Shown: positions 25,473 to 34,361 of the stretch, one piece after another
How positions within the stretch are numbered: position 1 is the first letter of the stretch
How the letters are laid out: every line of letters begins with the position of its first letter
From: a virus
Taxonomy: Duplodnaviria > Caudoviricetes
Reading direction: 5' to 3' (one strand)
Length of the DNA stretch: 64,000 nucleotides
Virus record (IMG/VR): IMGVR_UViG_3300037313_000574
Coordinates: 8,291 to 72,290 of that record
Translations under genes and position numbers: made by a program
The notes under the pieces: model-generated
The model's input: only the letters and a program-made list of their open reading frames with translations
Database searches by the model: none
What the model was told of the DNA's origin: nothing

Positions 25473-25862
25473 ATGAACGCTCCCACCAAAAACAAAGATA
25501 AATCGGAAACCACCCAAATCACCACCCTGGACGATGGTGCCAATGTGGCGCAAGTCGTTGATGCCTTCACTGGCGAGGCTGTTGTCGGCACCAGCCACGA
25601 CGCCGCCCTGAGCGGCGAGCGCGTCAGCCTGACCATTTACGAACAAGAAGGCGATGCCGGCCGCGAAGCCGTGTTCGTCGGCATCAACGGCGTCGGCTAC
25701 CAGATCCCGCGCGGCAAGCCGTTCAACGTGCCGGTCGAGGTCGTGCATGTGCTGGAAAACGCCGTGCAGACCATCTACGAGCCGGTCGAAGGCGGCGAAA
25801 CGCGCGAGCGCACCCTGAAGCGATTCAACTTCACGGTCCACGGTCCAGCTGCCAAGCAGTAA
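25473..25862 (+). CDS. Virion-associated hypothetical protein
   Basis: VFVGINGVGYQIPRGKPFNVPVEVVHVLENA motif seen after N4-type capsid genes; RBS AAGGA. Confidence 0.65.
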   Translation: MNAPTKNKDKSETTQITTLDDGANVAQVVDAFTGEAVVGTSHDAALSGERVSLTIYEQEGDAGREAVFVGINGVGYQIPRGKPFNVPVEVVHVLENAVQTIYEPVEGGETRERTLKRFNFTVHGPAAKQ

Positions 25863-25942
25863 CCAGCCAACAGAGCGCCCTTCGGGGCGCCAGCAGAAAC
25901 CCGCTTCGGCGGGTTGGAGATCACCAGACCGAGAGCAGATAC

Positions 25943-28921
25943 ATGATCACCCTTAGCCCCGCCCTGCAGAGCATCGCCGCCGCCGCCGTCAACAATGCGG
26001 AATACTGGTCCTTGGTGATCGGCACATTAGGCGCCAACCGCCGCGTGATCGCTTCAAAGGGCGGCACGCCGTTCCGCGACTGCGCCCTGACAGGCGCCAT
26101 GACGACCTCTGGCGGCACACTAACCGGAATCGGCGTCGCCTCTGATACGGTGGTGTACGAGGCCGCCGATCTGGCTACGCCCGGCACGCTGCGCGTCACA
26201 CACGCCACTGATGCCACGCTGTACCTGGAAGGCACGCTCGGCCTGTCCGGGCAGGATTTCAACCTGACGGAAAACCCGACCACCAGCAATGGATTCGGCA
26301 TCGGCACAATCGCCATTCAAGCGCCGGCGGCATTACCAGATGCAGGCGGCGGCGGGGAAAGTCCGCCGATTGGCACGGCGCTGGCTACGCTTTCTCTCGT
26401 CAATACTTCCGGGTCGATCGTTGCTGCAGACTTCATTCCTCCGATGTTTGGGCATCCATTCCGAAAGGGCGATGTGCCGGCGGGAGCTTACCCGCGGTTT
26501 GAACTGGCCGACACGACCGAAGTGCCTTACACCATGTTCAATAAGGCGACCTGGAGCGACGGCTCGCTGAAATTTGCCTCGTTCCTGTTGCGCGTGCCGA
26601 GCACAGTAGCGGGGAGCGGGTCGCTTGCGGTGACGGTCAAGGCATCAGAATCTGCGCCGGCAACGTCATCCTCGCGCAGCTTGGCTGATCTATCATCCGG
26701 CAGCGCCGACTTGAAGGTGGAGGTAGTCGGCCTGGATAACTTGTCCGGCACCTGGACATCCAGCCTGAACCAGGGCGTCACCGACAACGATGACGTGATT
26801 ACCTTCGGCGATGGCGTAGTGGGTAAGGTCTGGCGCATCCGCCAGCAGTTCATGCAATCCGCCGCTAACCACGGCCAGCTCGAATGTTACTGGTATGTTG
26901 CGGCCTTGCAGGATGCGTCGGGCAACTTGTACGGCCTGCGCTACCTCGGTCGTGTGTCGCAGCCCTGGTTTGACGTGGATACGCCCGCGAAGGCATACCG
27001 CTCGTTCAGTAGCGTCTTGGTCAAGAATGGCGCATCCACCTTGCGCGACGTGTGGGCAAGCCATGCCTCGCCTAAGCCAATGACGTATTCGGGCGGCATC
27101 AACCTCGGCGTCGCCGCGCACGGCTTCCGCACGTATAGCCTGTTCCGGGCGTCCGGCACCACCCTTCCTACGCCGCTCTCGGCCAATACATCGTATCGGG
27201 TGAGCTACAACAACACCAACGCCAACGTGTTCGGCGTGATCCCGGTGAATAGCAGCAGTGACGTTTCCCTGAGCGGCACGGCGTCCGGCGATGCGCAAGT
27301 GCAGGCGTACCCCTACCTGCCGCACTTCTGTTCGATATTCACAGCCGGCCCGGAAGGCATGTGGGATTACCTGCAAGCAGGCGGCTCGGTGGCAGACGAG
27401 GCAACGGTGCGCGTGCAGCACGATGCCGCCTACTGGCAAACGACCGGCGTGGTGCCGACTTATGAGTCGGTGGTGCCGACCGCGCAAGCCAGCTTCGACT
27501 ACGAACCCAATTACATGGGGCCGTCGCGTTCCGCCATCAACGGCACTGGCGAAGACCCAAGTTTGGGCGTCATGCCGGATTGGCACGTCAAGCACTTGCT
27601 GCTGCAAAGCGCCGCGGCCGAGCGCACCTCGCGCGCCAGCGGCCTGTCGGCGGGCAACTGGCCGGGGCAGCTTTACCATTCCACCAACAAGACCTTGAAG
27701 CCTGCCAACGGCGGCACCTACACAGGCATGCCAAGCGGCTCTAGCAGCTTCCGCTGGGCACCAGGGATCGCCACGGCTGGGTTCACCGAACCGGCCTCAG
27801 GGCCGTACCTGTCGGGGGTGGATGAAGCCGATCACAGCCATAAGCCAGCCTGGGCTTATTACCCGTACCTGATGACGGGTGAGCCGCAATACCTCGACCT
27901 AGTGCTGGAATCGGCTAACTACGCCCTGTCGTACGAATACTCCGTGCCATTCACCGCCAACGCGGCCGGCTCCGTCGGGCGTAATTCCACCGTCAACGGC
28001 ACCACCTACAACGGCTCGACGCTGTTGCACCCGTCGCTGCGCTCTGCCGCGTGGGCAACCCGTGAGCTGGCGTGCGCGGCAGGCATCGTGCCGGACATCG
28101 CCCCGCAGTGCGCGGCGTACAAGACCTACTTTACCGACGCGGTGAACACGACTTTTGCTGCCATCACCGATTTCGTCGCTAATGTCGCACCACCCTTCCT
28201 GCGCACGGCCGGCTTCATCTGCTTCGAGAATATGCCCTTCACCCAGCCGTGGATGCACGGCTACCAAATGCAGGCCATCGCCCTGGCAGCCAAGATGACG
28301 GAAAACGCCAATGCGATGACCTACCTGAATCACTTGGTCAAGTGGCCGGCGTATATCCGCAGCACCTTCGGCACCTACTACGTGCCAGCGTTCGAGGTCA
28401 TGGTGCGCAGCGGGCAGACCGGTGCCGACCCCTACGTCACCAGCAGCGCTGGCATGTCCTTCTACGGTATTGCCTTGAGCTGGGATAACGCGACCGACAC
28501 CTTCACGGCAGGTGCCAACAATGCCAACTACACCCCCAACAATGGAGATGTGGTGGCCTTCGACGGCATCGGCTACAACGGATCGGTACCGCCTGGCCTT
28601 ACCGCCGTGACACAGTATTACATCGTGAATGCCTCGGGCAATAACTTCCAGCTTGCGCTGGCGCCGGGTGGCGCGCCGGTCTCGGTGACGGGAACCGGCT
28701 CGGGCACGGGCATGTTCTTCTACCAGAACCCGCCGCCTTCCGGGTCGATCCAGGGCACGCCCAACGCCGATGGCTATGCGGCCAATATCCTGGGCGGGCT
28801 GAAACTGGCGAAAGCCGCTGGCGCGACGGTAGATCAAGCGACCATCAACGCGCTGGAATCCCTGTGCGCGTCGGTGAATTTCACCACCCTGCCGAAGTAC
28901 CGCTTTGCGGATGCCTTTTAG
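25943..28921 (+). CDS. Large virion protein; putative glycan lyase/depolymerase (RIFT-barrel-like + alpha/alpha toroid)
   Basis: MFGHPFRKGDVPAG...ATWSDGSLKFA RIFT-like start; DHSHKPAWAYYPYLMTGEPQYLD and RSAAWATREL helical catalytic-type motifs. Confidence 0.6.
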   Translation: MITLSPALQSIAAAAVNNAEYWSLVIGTLGANRRVIASKGGTPFRDCALTGAMTTSGGTLTGIGVASDTVVYEAADLATPGTLRVTHATDATLYLEGTLGLSGQDFNLTENPTTSNGFGIGTIAIQAPAALPDAGGGGESPPIGTALATLSLVNTSGSIVAADFIPPMFGHPFRKGDVPAGAYPRFELADTTEVPYTMFNKATWSDGSLKFASFLLRVPSTVAGSGSLAVTVKASESAPATSSSRSLADLSSGSADLKVEVVGLDNLSGTWTSSLNQGVTDNDDVITFGDGVVGKVWRIRQQFMQSAANHGQLECYWYVAALQDASGNLYGLRYLGRVSQPWFDVDTPAKAYRSFSSVLVKNGASTLRDVWASHASPKPMTYSGGINLGVAAHGFRTYSLFRASGTTLPTPLSANTSYRVSYNNTNANVFGVIPVNSSSDVSLSGTASGDAQVQAYPYLPHFCSIFTAGPEGMWDYLQAGGSVADEATVRVQHDAAYWQTTGVVPTYESVVPTAQASFDYEPNYMGPSRSAINGTGEDPSLGVMPDWHVKHLLLQSAAAERTSRASGLSAGNWPGQLYHSTNKTLKPANGGTYTGMPSGSSSFRWAPGIATAGFTEPASGPYLSGVDEADHSHKPAWAYYPYLMTGEPQYLDLVLESANYALSYEYSVPFTANAAGSVGRNSTVNGTTYNGSTLLHPSLRSAAWATRELACAAGIVPDIAPQCAAYKTYFTDAVNTTFAAITDFVANVAPPFLRTAGFICFENMPFTQPWMHGYQMQAIALAAKMTENANAMTYLNHLVKWPAYIRSTFGTYYVPAFEVMVRSGQTGADPYVTSSAGMSFYGIALSWDNATDTFTAGANNANYTPNNGDVVAFDGIGYNGSVPPGLTAVTQYYIVNASGNNFQLALAPGGAPVSVTGTGSGTGMFFYQNPPPSGSIQGTPNADGYAANILGGLKLAKAAGATVDQATINALESLCASVNFTTLPKYRFADAF

Positions 28922-28930
28922 GAGCTAGTC

Positions 28931-31018
28931 ATGGCACTTAAATACCTTGTTGCCAGCGGCGCGAACGGCACCACCAGCTTCGCGTCTATCACCGACTGGT
29001 GGACGTCGCTGCCGGCGACCTTCACCGAGCCGGAAGAACTGGCGTGTGATGACTTTGCCCTAGTGGAAACTGGCGGCGTTGCCTTGTCAGGCAAAACCAC
29101 CAGCGCGGCGAACTACGCTCGTATCTATGCGACTGCCGCGAATCGCCATGACGGCCGACCGCGCGCGGCGAGCGGTAAAGGCCTCCGTGTCAGCGATTCG
29201 TCCGGCGGCGGAACGATCCGTGTCGGTGTCAACCACCTGCGCCTGGAGGGGCTGGAGATCGAGCAGACGGGCGGCAACGAGGCGCTACGGCTAAGCTCTG
29301 CCTTTGCGGTGGGGTCGGACATTCGCGTGGATGGCTGCATGATCCACGACGTTGCTACTGGGGCGGGCCACACCATCATGGCGATGGGCGCGAACCTGAA
29401 CCTGAACCTGACAAATAACATCGTGTACGGCTCGCAGCGGTCGATCGACACCCGCGGAGCCAATTCTGTCACTGGAGAGAATAATGTCTTTTGGCGGCAC
29501 GCCGACCAGCTGGGCGTCGTCTCGGGGTCGGAACTCAGCCTCAAGGATAGCTACTCCGGGCGCGGGGCCGGATCGACGGAATGCTTCTGGTCGGGCGGTG
29601 CGCCCACCGGCAACAACAATGCCTCGTCGGATGCCACGGCGACGGCGCGATTCACCAGCAGCCTGGCCAACATCGCCGGCAGCGACGTGTTTGTGTCGGT
29701 GACGCCGGGCGCGGAAGACTTCAACCTGAAAGCCGGCGCCAATGCACTGGTGGATGCGGGCGGCGCGGTGACCGTGACCACTGATGCCCTTGGCAACCCG
29801 CGATCCTATGGCGGTGGGGTGGATATCGGGGCAATCGAGCGCGATGCCGGCGCCCCGCCCCCCGACGCGCCCACCGGCGTCGCCACGCAAGACGCGCCAG
29901 ACGGCCAATCCATCCGATTCCATGGAACTACCACTGATGCCACCAGCGGCACATATACGCTGACAGGCTCTAACGGCGGCGTGACTGTCGGGCCGCTGTC
30001 ATTCGCCGTCAGCGGCGACGCATTCGATTTCACCGTGGCGGGTCTGGTGCCAGGCGATTACACACCGACGCTGACCGTGACCGGCTCCGGCGGAACGGCA
30101 GGGGTAACGGGCACCAGCACATTTTCGATCATGGGCGTATCTGGTGCCGGCGAGGTGTCGGAGCCGACTGACACGACAGCACCGACTTTGACGGGTTCCA
30201 TCACCCCAAGCAGCATAACCACTACCGGCTTTACTATCAGCTGGCCAGCAGGTACGGACAACGTGGCGGTGACGGGGTATGAGTTCAGCACCGACGGCGG
30301 CGCAACCTGGTCCGACGCTGGAAATGTGCTCACCAAGGCGATTTCTGGGCTGACGGCTGGCACGGCCTATCAGGTGCGCGTGCGCGCCTATGATGCTGCC
30401 GGAAACAGGTCGACACCGGCGCTTTCCGCCACGATCACGACGAGCGCCTCCGGCGATACGACTGCGCCAACGTTGGCCGGATCAATCACGCCAAGTAATA
30501 TTGCGCAAACATCGTTCACCATCTCTTGGCCAGCGGGCGCGGATAATGTTGGCGTTACAGGGTATGAATACCGACTGAACGCAGGTACTTGGGTCAACGC
30601 CGGGAATGTCCAGACAGCCAATGTCACAGGGCTGACTGCCAATACCCTGTATAACGTCGATGTCCGAGCCTATGACGCCGCTGGGAATCGTTCAACACCT
30701 GCCATTACTGCCGGCATCACCACGCTGGCGGTAGCACAGAAGTCCGTCACGCTCACGCTGGTCAATGCAGCGGGCGCGGCAAGCGCCAACTTGGCCAATC
30801 TGAAATGGGCCTGGTTCGATGCAGCCACCCCCAGCGGGTTCGCTGCACCAACGGACAAGGGGGCGATTGAGACAACGGACGCTTCCGGGGTGGTGACTAT
30901 CCCGTTGCCGAACACCACGCTGGCATCCGGGCAGATTGGCTGGCTGATTATTACCGATAGCGACGGCAATCCAGCGACGAATCACAAGGCATTCTCCGGC
31001 CCGGCACAGGTGAACTAA
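28931..31018 (+). CDS. Virion fibre/spike: parallel beta-helix (pectin-lyase-like) + Ig-like + two fibronectin type III domains
   Basis: LRLEGLEI, IRVDGCMIHD, LTNNIVYG strands; DFNL...VDAG...DIGAIE tail; two WPAGxDNVxVTGYE...VRAYDAAGN FN3 units. Confidence 0.75.
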   Translation: MALKYLVASGANGTTSFASITDWWTSLPATFTEPEELACDDFALVETGGVALSGKTTSAANYARIYATAANRHDGRPRAASGKGLRVSDSSGGGTIRVGVNHLRLEGLEIEQTGGNEALRLSSAFAVGSDIRVDGCMIHDVATGAGHTIMAMGANLNLNLTNNIVYGSQRSIDTRGANSVTGENNVFWRHADQLGVVSGSELSLKDSYSGRGAGSTECFWSGGAPTGNNNASSDATATARFTSSLANIAGSDVFVSVTPGAEDFNLKAGANALVDAGGAVTVTTDALGNPRSYGGGVDIGAIERDAGAPPPDAPTGVATQDAPDGQSIRFHGTTTDATSGTYTLTGSNGGVTVGPLSFAVSGDAFDFTVAGLVPGDYTPTLTVTGSGGTAGVTGTSTFSIMGVSGAGEVSEPTDTTAPTLTGSITPSSITTTGFTISWPAGTDNVAVTGYEFSTDGGATWSDAGNVLTKAISGLTAGTAYQVRVRAYDAAGNRSTPALSATITTSASGDTTAPTLAGSITPSNIAQTSFTISWPAGADNVGVTGYEYRLNAGTWVNAGNVQTANVTGLTANTLYNVDVRAYDAAGNRSTPAITAGITTLAVAQKSVTLTLVNAAGAASANLANLKWAWFDAATPSGFAAPTDKGAIETTDASGVVTIPLPNTTLASGQIGWLIITDSDGNPATNHKAFSGPAQVN

Positions 31019-31370
31019 ATGAATCTTTTTCTGCCACAACGCCAAGGCGGAAATGCCGTTTTCGGCGCGCAGCTTTACGCCGCCGCCCAGGCAGACGCCA
31101 CGCCACCGGTACTGACCGGCGCTATTACTGCCAGCGGCATCTCAACCGCGGGCTTTACAATCTCCTGGCCGGCTGCGACTGACAATGTGGGTGTCACCGG
31201 GTATGAATATAGCGTCGACGGTGGCAGTTCATGGAATGACGCTGGCAATGTGCTCACCAAGGCGATCGCAGGCTTATCCGCGAGCACTGCATACGGCGTG
31301 CGCGTCCGGGCCTACGACGCAGCGGGTAACAAATCAACGCCAGCCCTCGCGGCGACCATCACGACTGCGG
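30170..31370 (+). repeat. Three FN3-encoding repeats (~30170-30440, ~30460-30730, ~31090-31370) spanning two genes
   Basis: Near-identical peptides; AATGTGCTCACCAAGGCGAT identical at 30323-30342 and 31247-31266. Confidence 0.8.
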
Positions 31371-32188
31371 CGATTTCTATTCCGCCAGTCCTGTCAGCTG
31401 GAAATTCGGCCAAAGTAAAGGACATCCTGTTTCGCGTTTGCACGCAACTGCAGGACATTTCGCCGCAGTTCAGGTCATGGACCGAGCGCGAGCTGGTGGA
31501 CTGGCTCAACGATGGCCAAAAGGCGATCGCCAAATATATCCCGTTCGCCTGCTCGCGCGTCGATGCGGTCAAGCTCAATCCCGGCACGCGGCAGTCGATC
31601 GATATGATCGATGCCGATAACCTTCTGCCTGGCGACGGCACGACCGCCATCACCGTCTATGGCAATTTCCTGAATGATGTCGTGCGCAACATGGGCACGG
31701 ATGGCATGACGCCGGGCCGGGTCATTCAAGTGGTATCCCGCGAAATGCTCGATTACAGCAATCCCGACTGGCACACCGCGCCGGCGACTGGACGGGTGGA
31801 TGAATACACCTTCGATATCCGCACGCCGAAGGTTTTCTATGTCTCGCCGCCGGTTGGCACCACGCCGGTATGGGTGGAAATCTCGTTCATGGCCGATCCG
31901 GACGTCATCCCCAACACGGGCACCCCGCAAGCGCCGCTGTACGGCATGGATGGTGACAGCGAGGCGGCAATTACGATTGACGATAAATACATCGATGATC
32001 TGGTGAACTATGTGCTAGCGCGCGCCCAATTCAAGGATGCCGACTATGCCATGGCGCCGGGCAGCGCGGCATCGTACATGCAGTTATTCGTTAGCTCGAT
32101 CAATTCCCAGGTGCAGGCGATCACCGGCAACAATCCGAACTTGAAGACTCTCCCCTTCACCCCGCAACTTCCTGCCGCAGCGAGCTAA
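31019..32188 (+). CDS. Head-tail adaptor (DUF6682-like) with an N-terminal FN3 domain
   Basis: FN3 at aa ~25-115, then VKDILFRV..QLQD...WTERELVDWLNDGQ..I...LVNYVLARA..KD. Confidence 0.7.
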   Translation: MNLFLPQRQGGNAVFGAQLYAAAQADATPPVLTGAITASGISTAGFTISWPAATDNVGVTGYEYSVDGGSSWNDAGNVLTKAIAGLSASTAYGVRVRAYDAAGNKSTPALAATITTAAISIPPVLSAGNSAKVKDILFRVCTQLQDISPQFRSWTERELVDWLNDGQKAIAKYIPFACSRVDAVKLNPGTRQSIDMIDADNLLPGDGTTAITVYGNFLNDVVRNMGTDGMTPGRVIQVVSREMLDYSNPDWHTAPATGRVDEYTFDIRTPKVFYVSPPVGTTPVWVEISFMADPDVIPNTGTPQAPLYGMDGDSEAAITIDDKYIDDLVNYVLARAQFKDADYAMAPGSAASYMQLFVSSINSQVQAITGNNPNLKTLPFTPQLPAAAS

Positions 32189-32191
32189 TCC

Positions 32192-32830
32192 ATGACCGTC
32201 AGCATCGATACCTTCTTGCCGCACATCCTGCCGGATGTTGCCGGCTGCCCGCGCTTCACGGCGCTGCAGGCCGTCATCGAGTCCGCGATTGCCTTTTGCG
32301 AGGAATCGCACGCCTGGAAAGAAACCCTGCCGCTGATCGCGCTGGTCGATGATCAGCATTCGTACGCGCCGGTCCTGCCGGCTGGTTCGCGCGTGATCCT
32401 GGTCACGGAAGTATGGGCGGCGGACAGGGAATTGCACCCGGCGACCATGAGCGAGATCACCGACCTCTATCCGGACTGGCAAACCGCGCAGGGAACGCCG
32501 CGCCACTATAACCAGCAGGATTGGCAGCAATTCCGTGTGTATCCCATCCCGAAGGACCAGGTATCGGCCAGCCTGACGGTACGCGCAGCCCTGGCACCGA
32601 CTCGCGCGGCGACCACGCTTCCCGACTTCATGGCGGATCGGCATTTTCAGGGGATTGTCTCGGGCGCCTTGAAGCGACTCATGCTCAAACCCGGCCAGGC
32701 ATGGAGCAATCCAACCTTGGCCGCATATTACGAAAACGAGTTCAGGCTGGCGTGCGCCAACGCCAAGACTGCGATTTTCCATGACCGCGTGCAGGGTAGC
32801 GCCCGCGTGCGTCCACGCCGGTTCGGATGA
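32192..32830 (+). CDS. Tail adaptor / tail tubular protein A-like
   Basis: FLPHILPDVAGCP...AIAFCEES..W...GALKRLMLKPGQAWSNP pattern of podoviral adaptors. Confidence 0.7.
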   Translation: MTVSIDTFLPHILPDVAGCPRFTALQAVIESAIAFCEESHAWKETLPLIALVDDQHSYAPVLPAGSRVILVTEVWAADRELHPATMSEITDLYPDWQTAQGTPRHYNQQDWQQFRVYPIPKDQVSASLTVRAALAPTRAATTLPDFMADRHFQGIVSGALKRLMLKPGQAWSNPTLAAYYENEFRLACANAKTAIFHDRVQGSARVRPRRFG

Positions 32831-32896
32831 TGAATTTGCAGTAAGCAGCGCAACTAACCCGCTTCGGTGGGTTTTTATTACCTCAATAAGAAAGCC

Positions 32897-33277
32897 ATGA
32901 AAATGAACGACGGATTGTCTGGAAGCGCTGTATTTGGATTCTTCAAGCTGTACGGCGTGAAGGTGGGGCTCGGCATGATTGGCGCCGCGCTGCTGTATTT
33001 AGTGCTCCCGCCTGTGACGAAAGACGGGAAGTTTGATCGACATGAGTTCGTCATGCGCCTTGCGGTTGCCGGGTTCTTTTCTGTCATGTTCGGGGATTGG
33101 GCGGTGGCCATCCTTGGAAACTGGCAATTCCTGCATGCTGCCGATAACAAGGCACCGATTTACCTGCTAGTTGGCGCGCCGGGGTGGTGGCTATCGCGGG
33201 CGGTTGCGCTCTGGTTCCAGAAGCGCAAGGATAAGGATGCTGGCGAGCTGGTGAAAGATGCGAAGGAAGTGCTATGA
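32897..33277 (+). CDS. Holin (three TM segments; Met-Lys-Met dual start)
   Basis: ATG AAA ATG at 32897/32903; three hydrophobic segments, charged C-tail; overlaps the endolysin start. Confidence 0.75.
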   Translation: MKMNDGLSGSAVFGFFKLYGVKVGLGMIGAALLYLVLPPVTKDGKFDRHEFVMRLAVAGFFSVMFGDWAVAILGNWQFLHAADNKAPIYLLVGAPGWWLSRAVALWFQKRKDKDAGELVKDAKEVL

Positions 33278-33756
33278 CGCCGCAGCAAAAAGCCTTCCTC
33301 GATATGCTGGCCGTGTCGGAGGGGACCAGCACAAGCCCGGCGACCAAGTGCGACGGCTACGATGTGATCGTGACGGGAATCGACAAAAAGCCGGAGATCT
33401 TCACTGATTTCAGCAATCACCCGTTCGCCAATGGCCGCAAGTCAAAAACGATCAATCGCAACGGCTTGACCTCGAACGCCTCCGGCCGCTACCAGTTCAT
33501 GCTGCGCGACTGGGCGCATTACCGCTCACTGCTTGGCTTGCAGAATTTTGGCCCGGACTGCCAGGATAAATGGGCGCTGCAACTGATCAAAGAGCGCCGC
33601 GCGCTGATCGACATCGAGACAGGCCATTTCGCCTTGGCTGTCTCGAAATGCCGGAACATTTGGGCATCGCTGCCTGGCGCTGGATACGGCCAGCCAGAGC
33701 ATGACATTGCCAAGTTGACGCTCGCATTTGTCAAGGCCGGAGGGAAACTGGCATGA
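33274..33756 (+). CDS. R: Endolysin, lambda R-type lytic transglycosylase
   Basis: AFLDMLAVSEGT (catalytic E), YDVIV, ASGRYQF, FGPDCQD, IWASLPGAGYGQ. Confidence 0.92.
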   Translation: MTPQQKAFLDMLAVSEGTSTSPATKCDGYDVIVTGIDKKPEIFTDFSNHPFANGRKSKTINRNGLTSNASGRYQFMLRDWAHYRSLLGLQNFGPDCQDKWALQLIKERRALIDIETGHFALAVSKCRNIWASLPGAGYGQPEHDIAKLTLAFVKAGGKLA

Positions 33757-34136
33757 ATCCGCTTTCCATCAACCCATTGGCCGGCTTGGCTAGCCTGGCC
33801 GTCGCCGCGGCGCTCGGATTTGGCTCGGGCTGGACCGTCAACGGCTGGCGGCTGAACGGCGAGATCCAGACCATCAAGGCGGAACACGCAAATGACCGCG
33901 CCACCCTGGCAACCGCCGCGATCAGCGACATAACGCAGGCCGCCCATCTAATCAAGGAAGCGGCTGATCGTGCGCAGGTCGATGTTTCTTCTCTTGATGT
34001 CCAGTTGACTGCGATACGAAAGGATTTCAAAAATGCGAATGCCAAGCCTTTGCCTGCTGATTGCCGCCCTGATTCTCCAAGGGTGCGCAAGCTCGCAAAC
34101 TCTGCCGCCGCCGTTGACAAAGCCATCGCTCGATAG
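33753..34136 (+). CDS. Rz: Inner-membrane spanin
   Basis: N-terminal TM (LAVAAALGFGSGWTVNGWR), coiled coil, DCRPD near the C-terminus. Confidence 0.85.
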   Translation: MNPLSINPLAGLASLAVAAALGFGSGWTVNGWRLNGEIQTIKAEHANDRATLATAAISDITQAAHLIKEAADRAQVDVSSLDVQLTAIRKDFKNANAKPLPADCRPDSPRVRKLANSAAAVDKAIAR

Positions 34137-34287
34137 CGCCTTGTCGGCGGATTGCAAGCCTGTTGGTCAGCCCGAAAACCCGGATGACTACGATTCCTGG
34201 CTGGCCTGGGTAACGGACGTAGTTCTACCGAATTACGGCGACTGCGCGATCCGGCATCGCAAGACCGTTGACGCCTGGCCGAAATAG
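34039..34287 (+). CDS. Rz1: Outer-membrane lipoprotein spanin (overlaps Rz)
   Basis: Lipobox LILQGC, Pro-rich linker, YGDCAIRH. Confidence 0.85.
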   Translation: MPSLCLLIAALILQGCASSQTLPPPLTKPSLDSALSADCKPVGQPENPDDYDSWLAWVTDVVLPNYGDCAIRHRKTVDAWPK

Positions 34288-34322
34288 AAGACCGCCACAA
34301 ACAAAGCACTCCAGCCACCACG

Positions 34323-34347
34323 AAGCCCGCCATCCGCGGGCTTTTTT
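34323..34347 (+). terminator. Intrinsic terminator after the lysis cassette
   Basis: AAGCCCGC-catcc-GCGGGCTT + T-run. Confidence 0.75.
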
Positions 34348-34361
34348 CATTTCAGGGCGCC

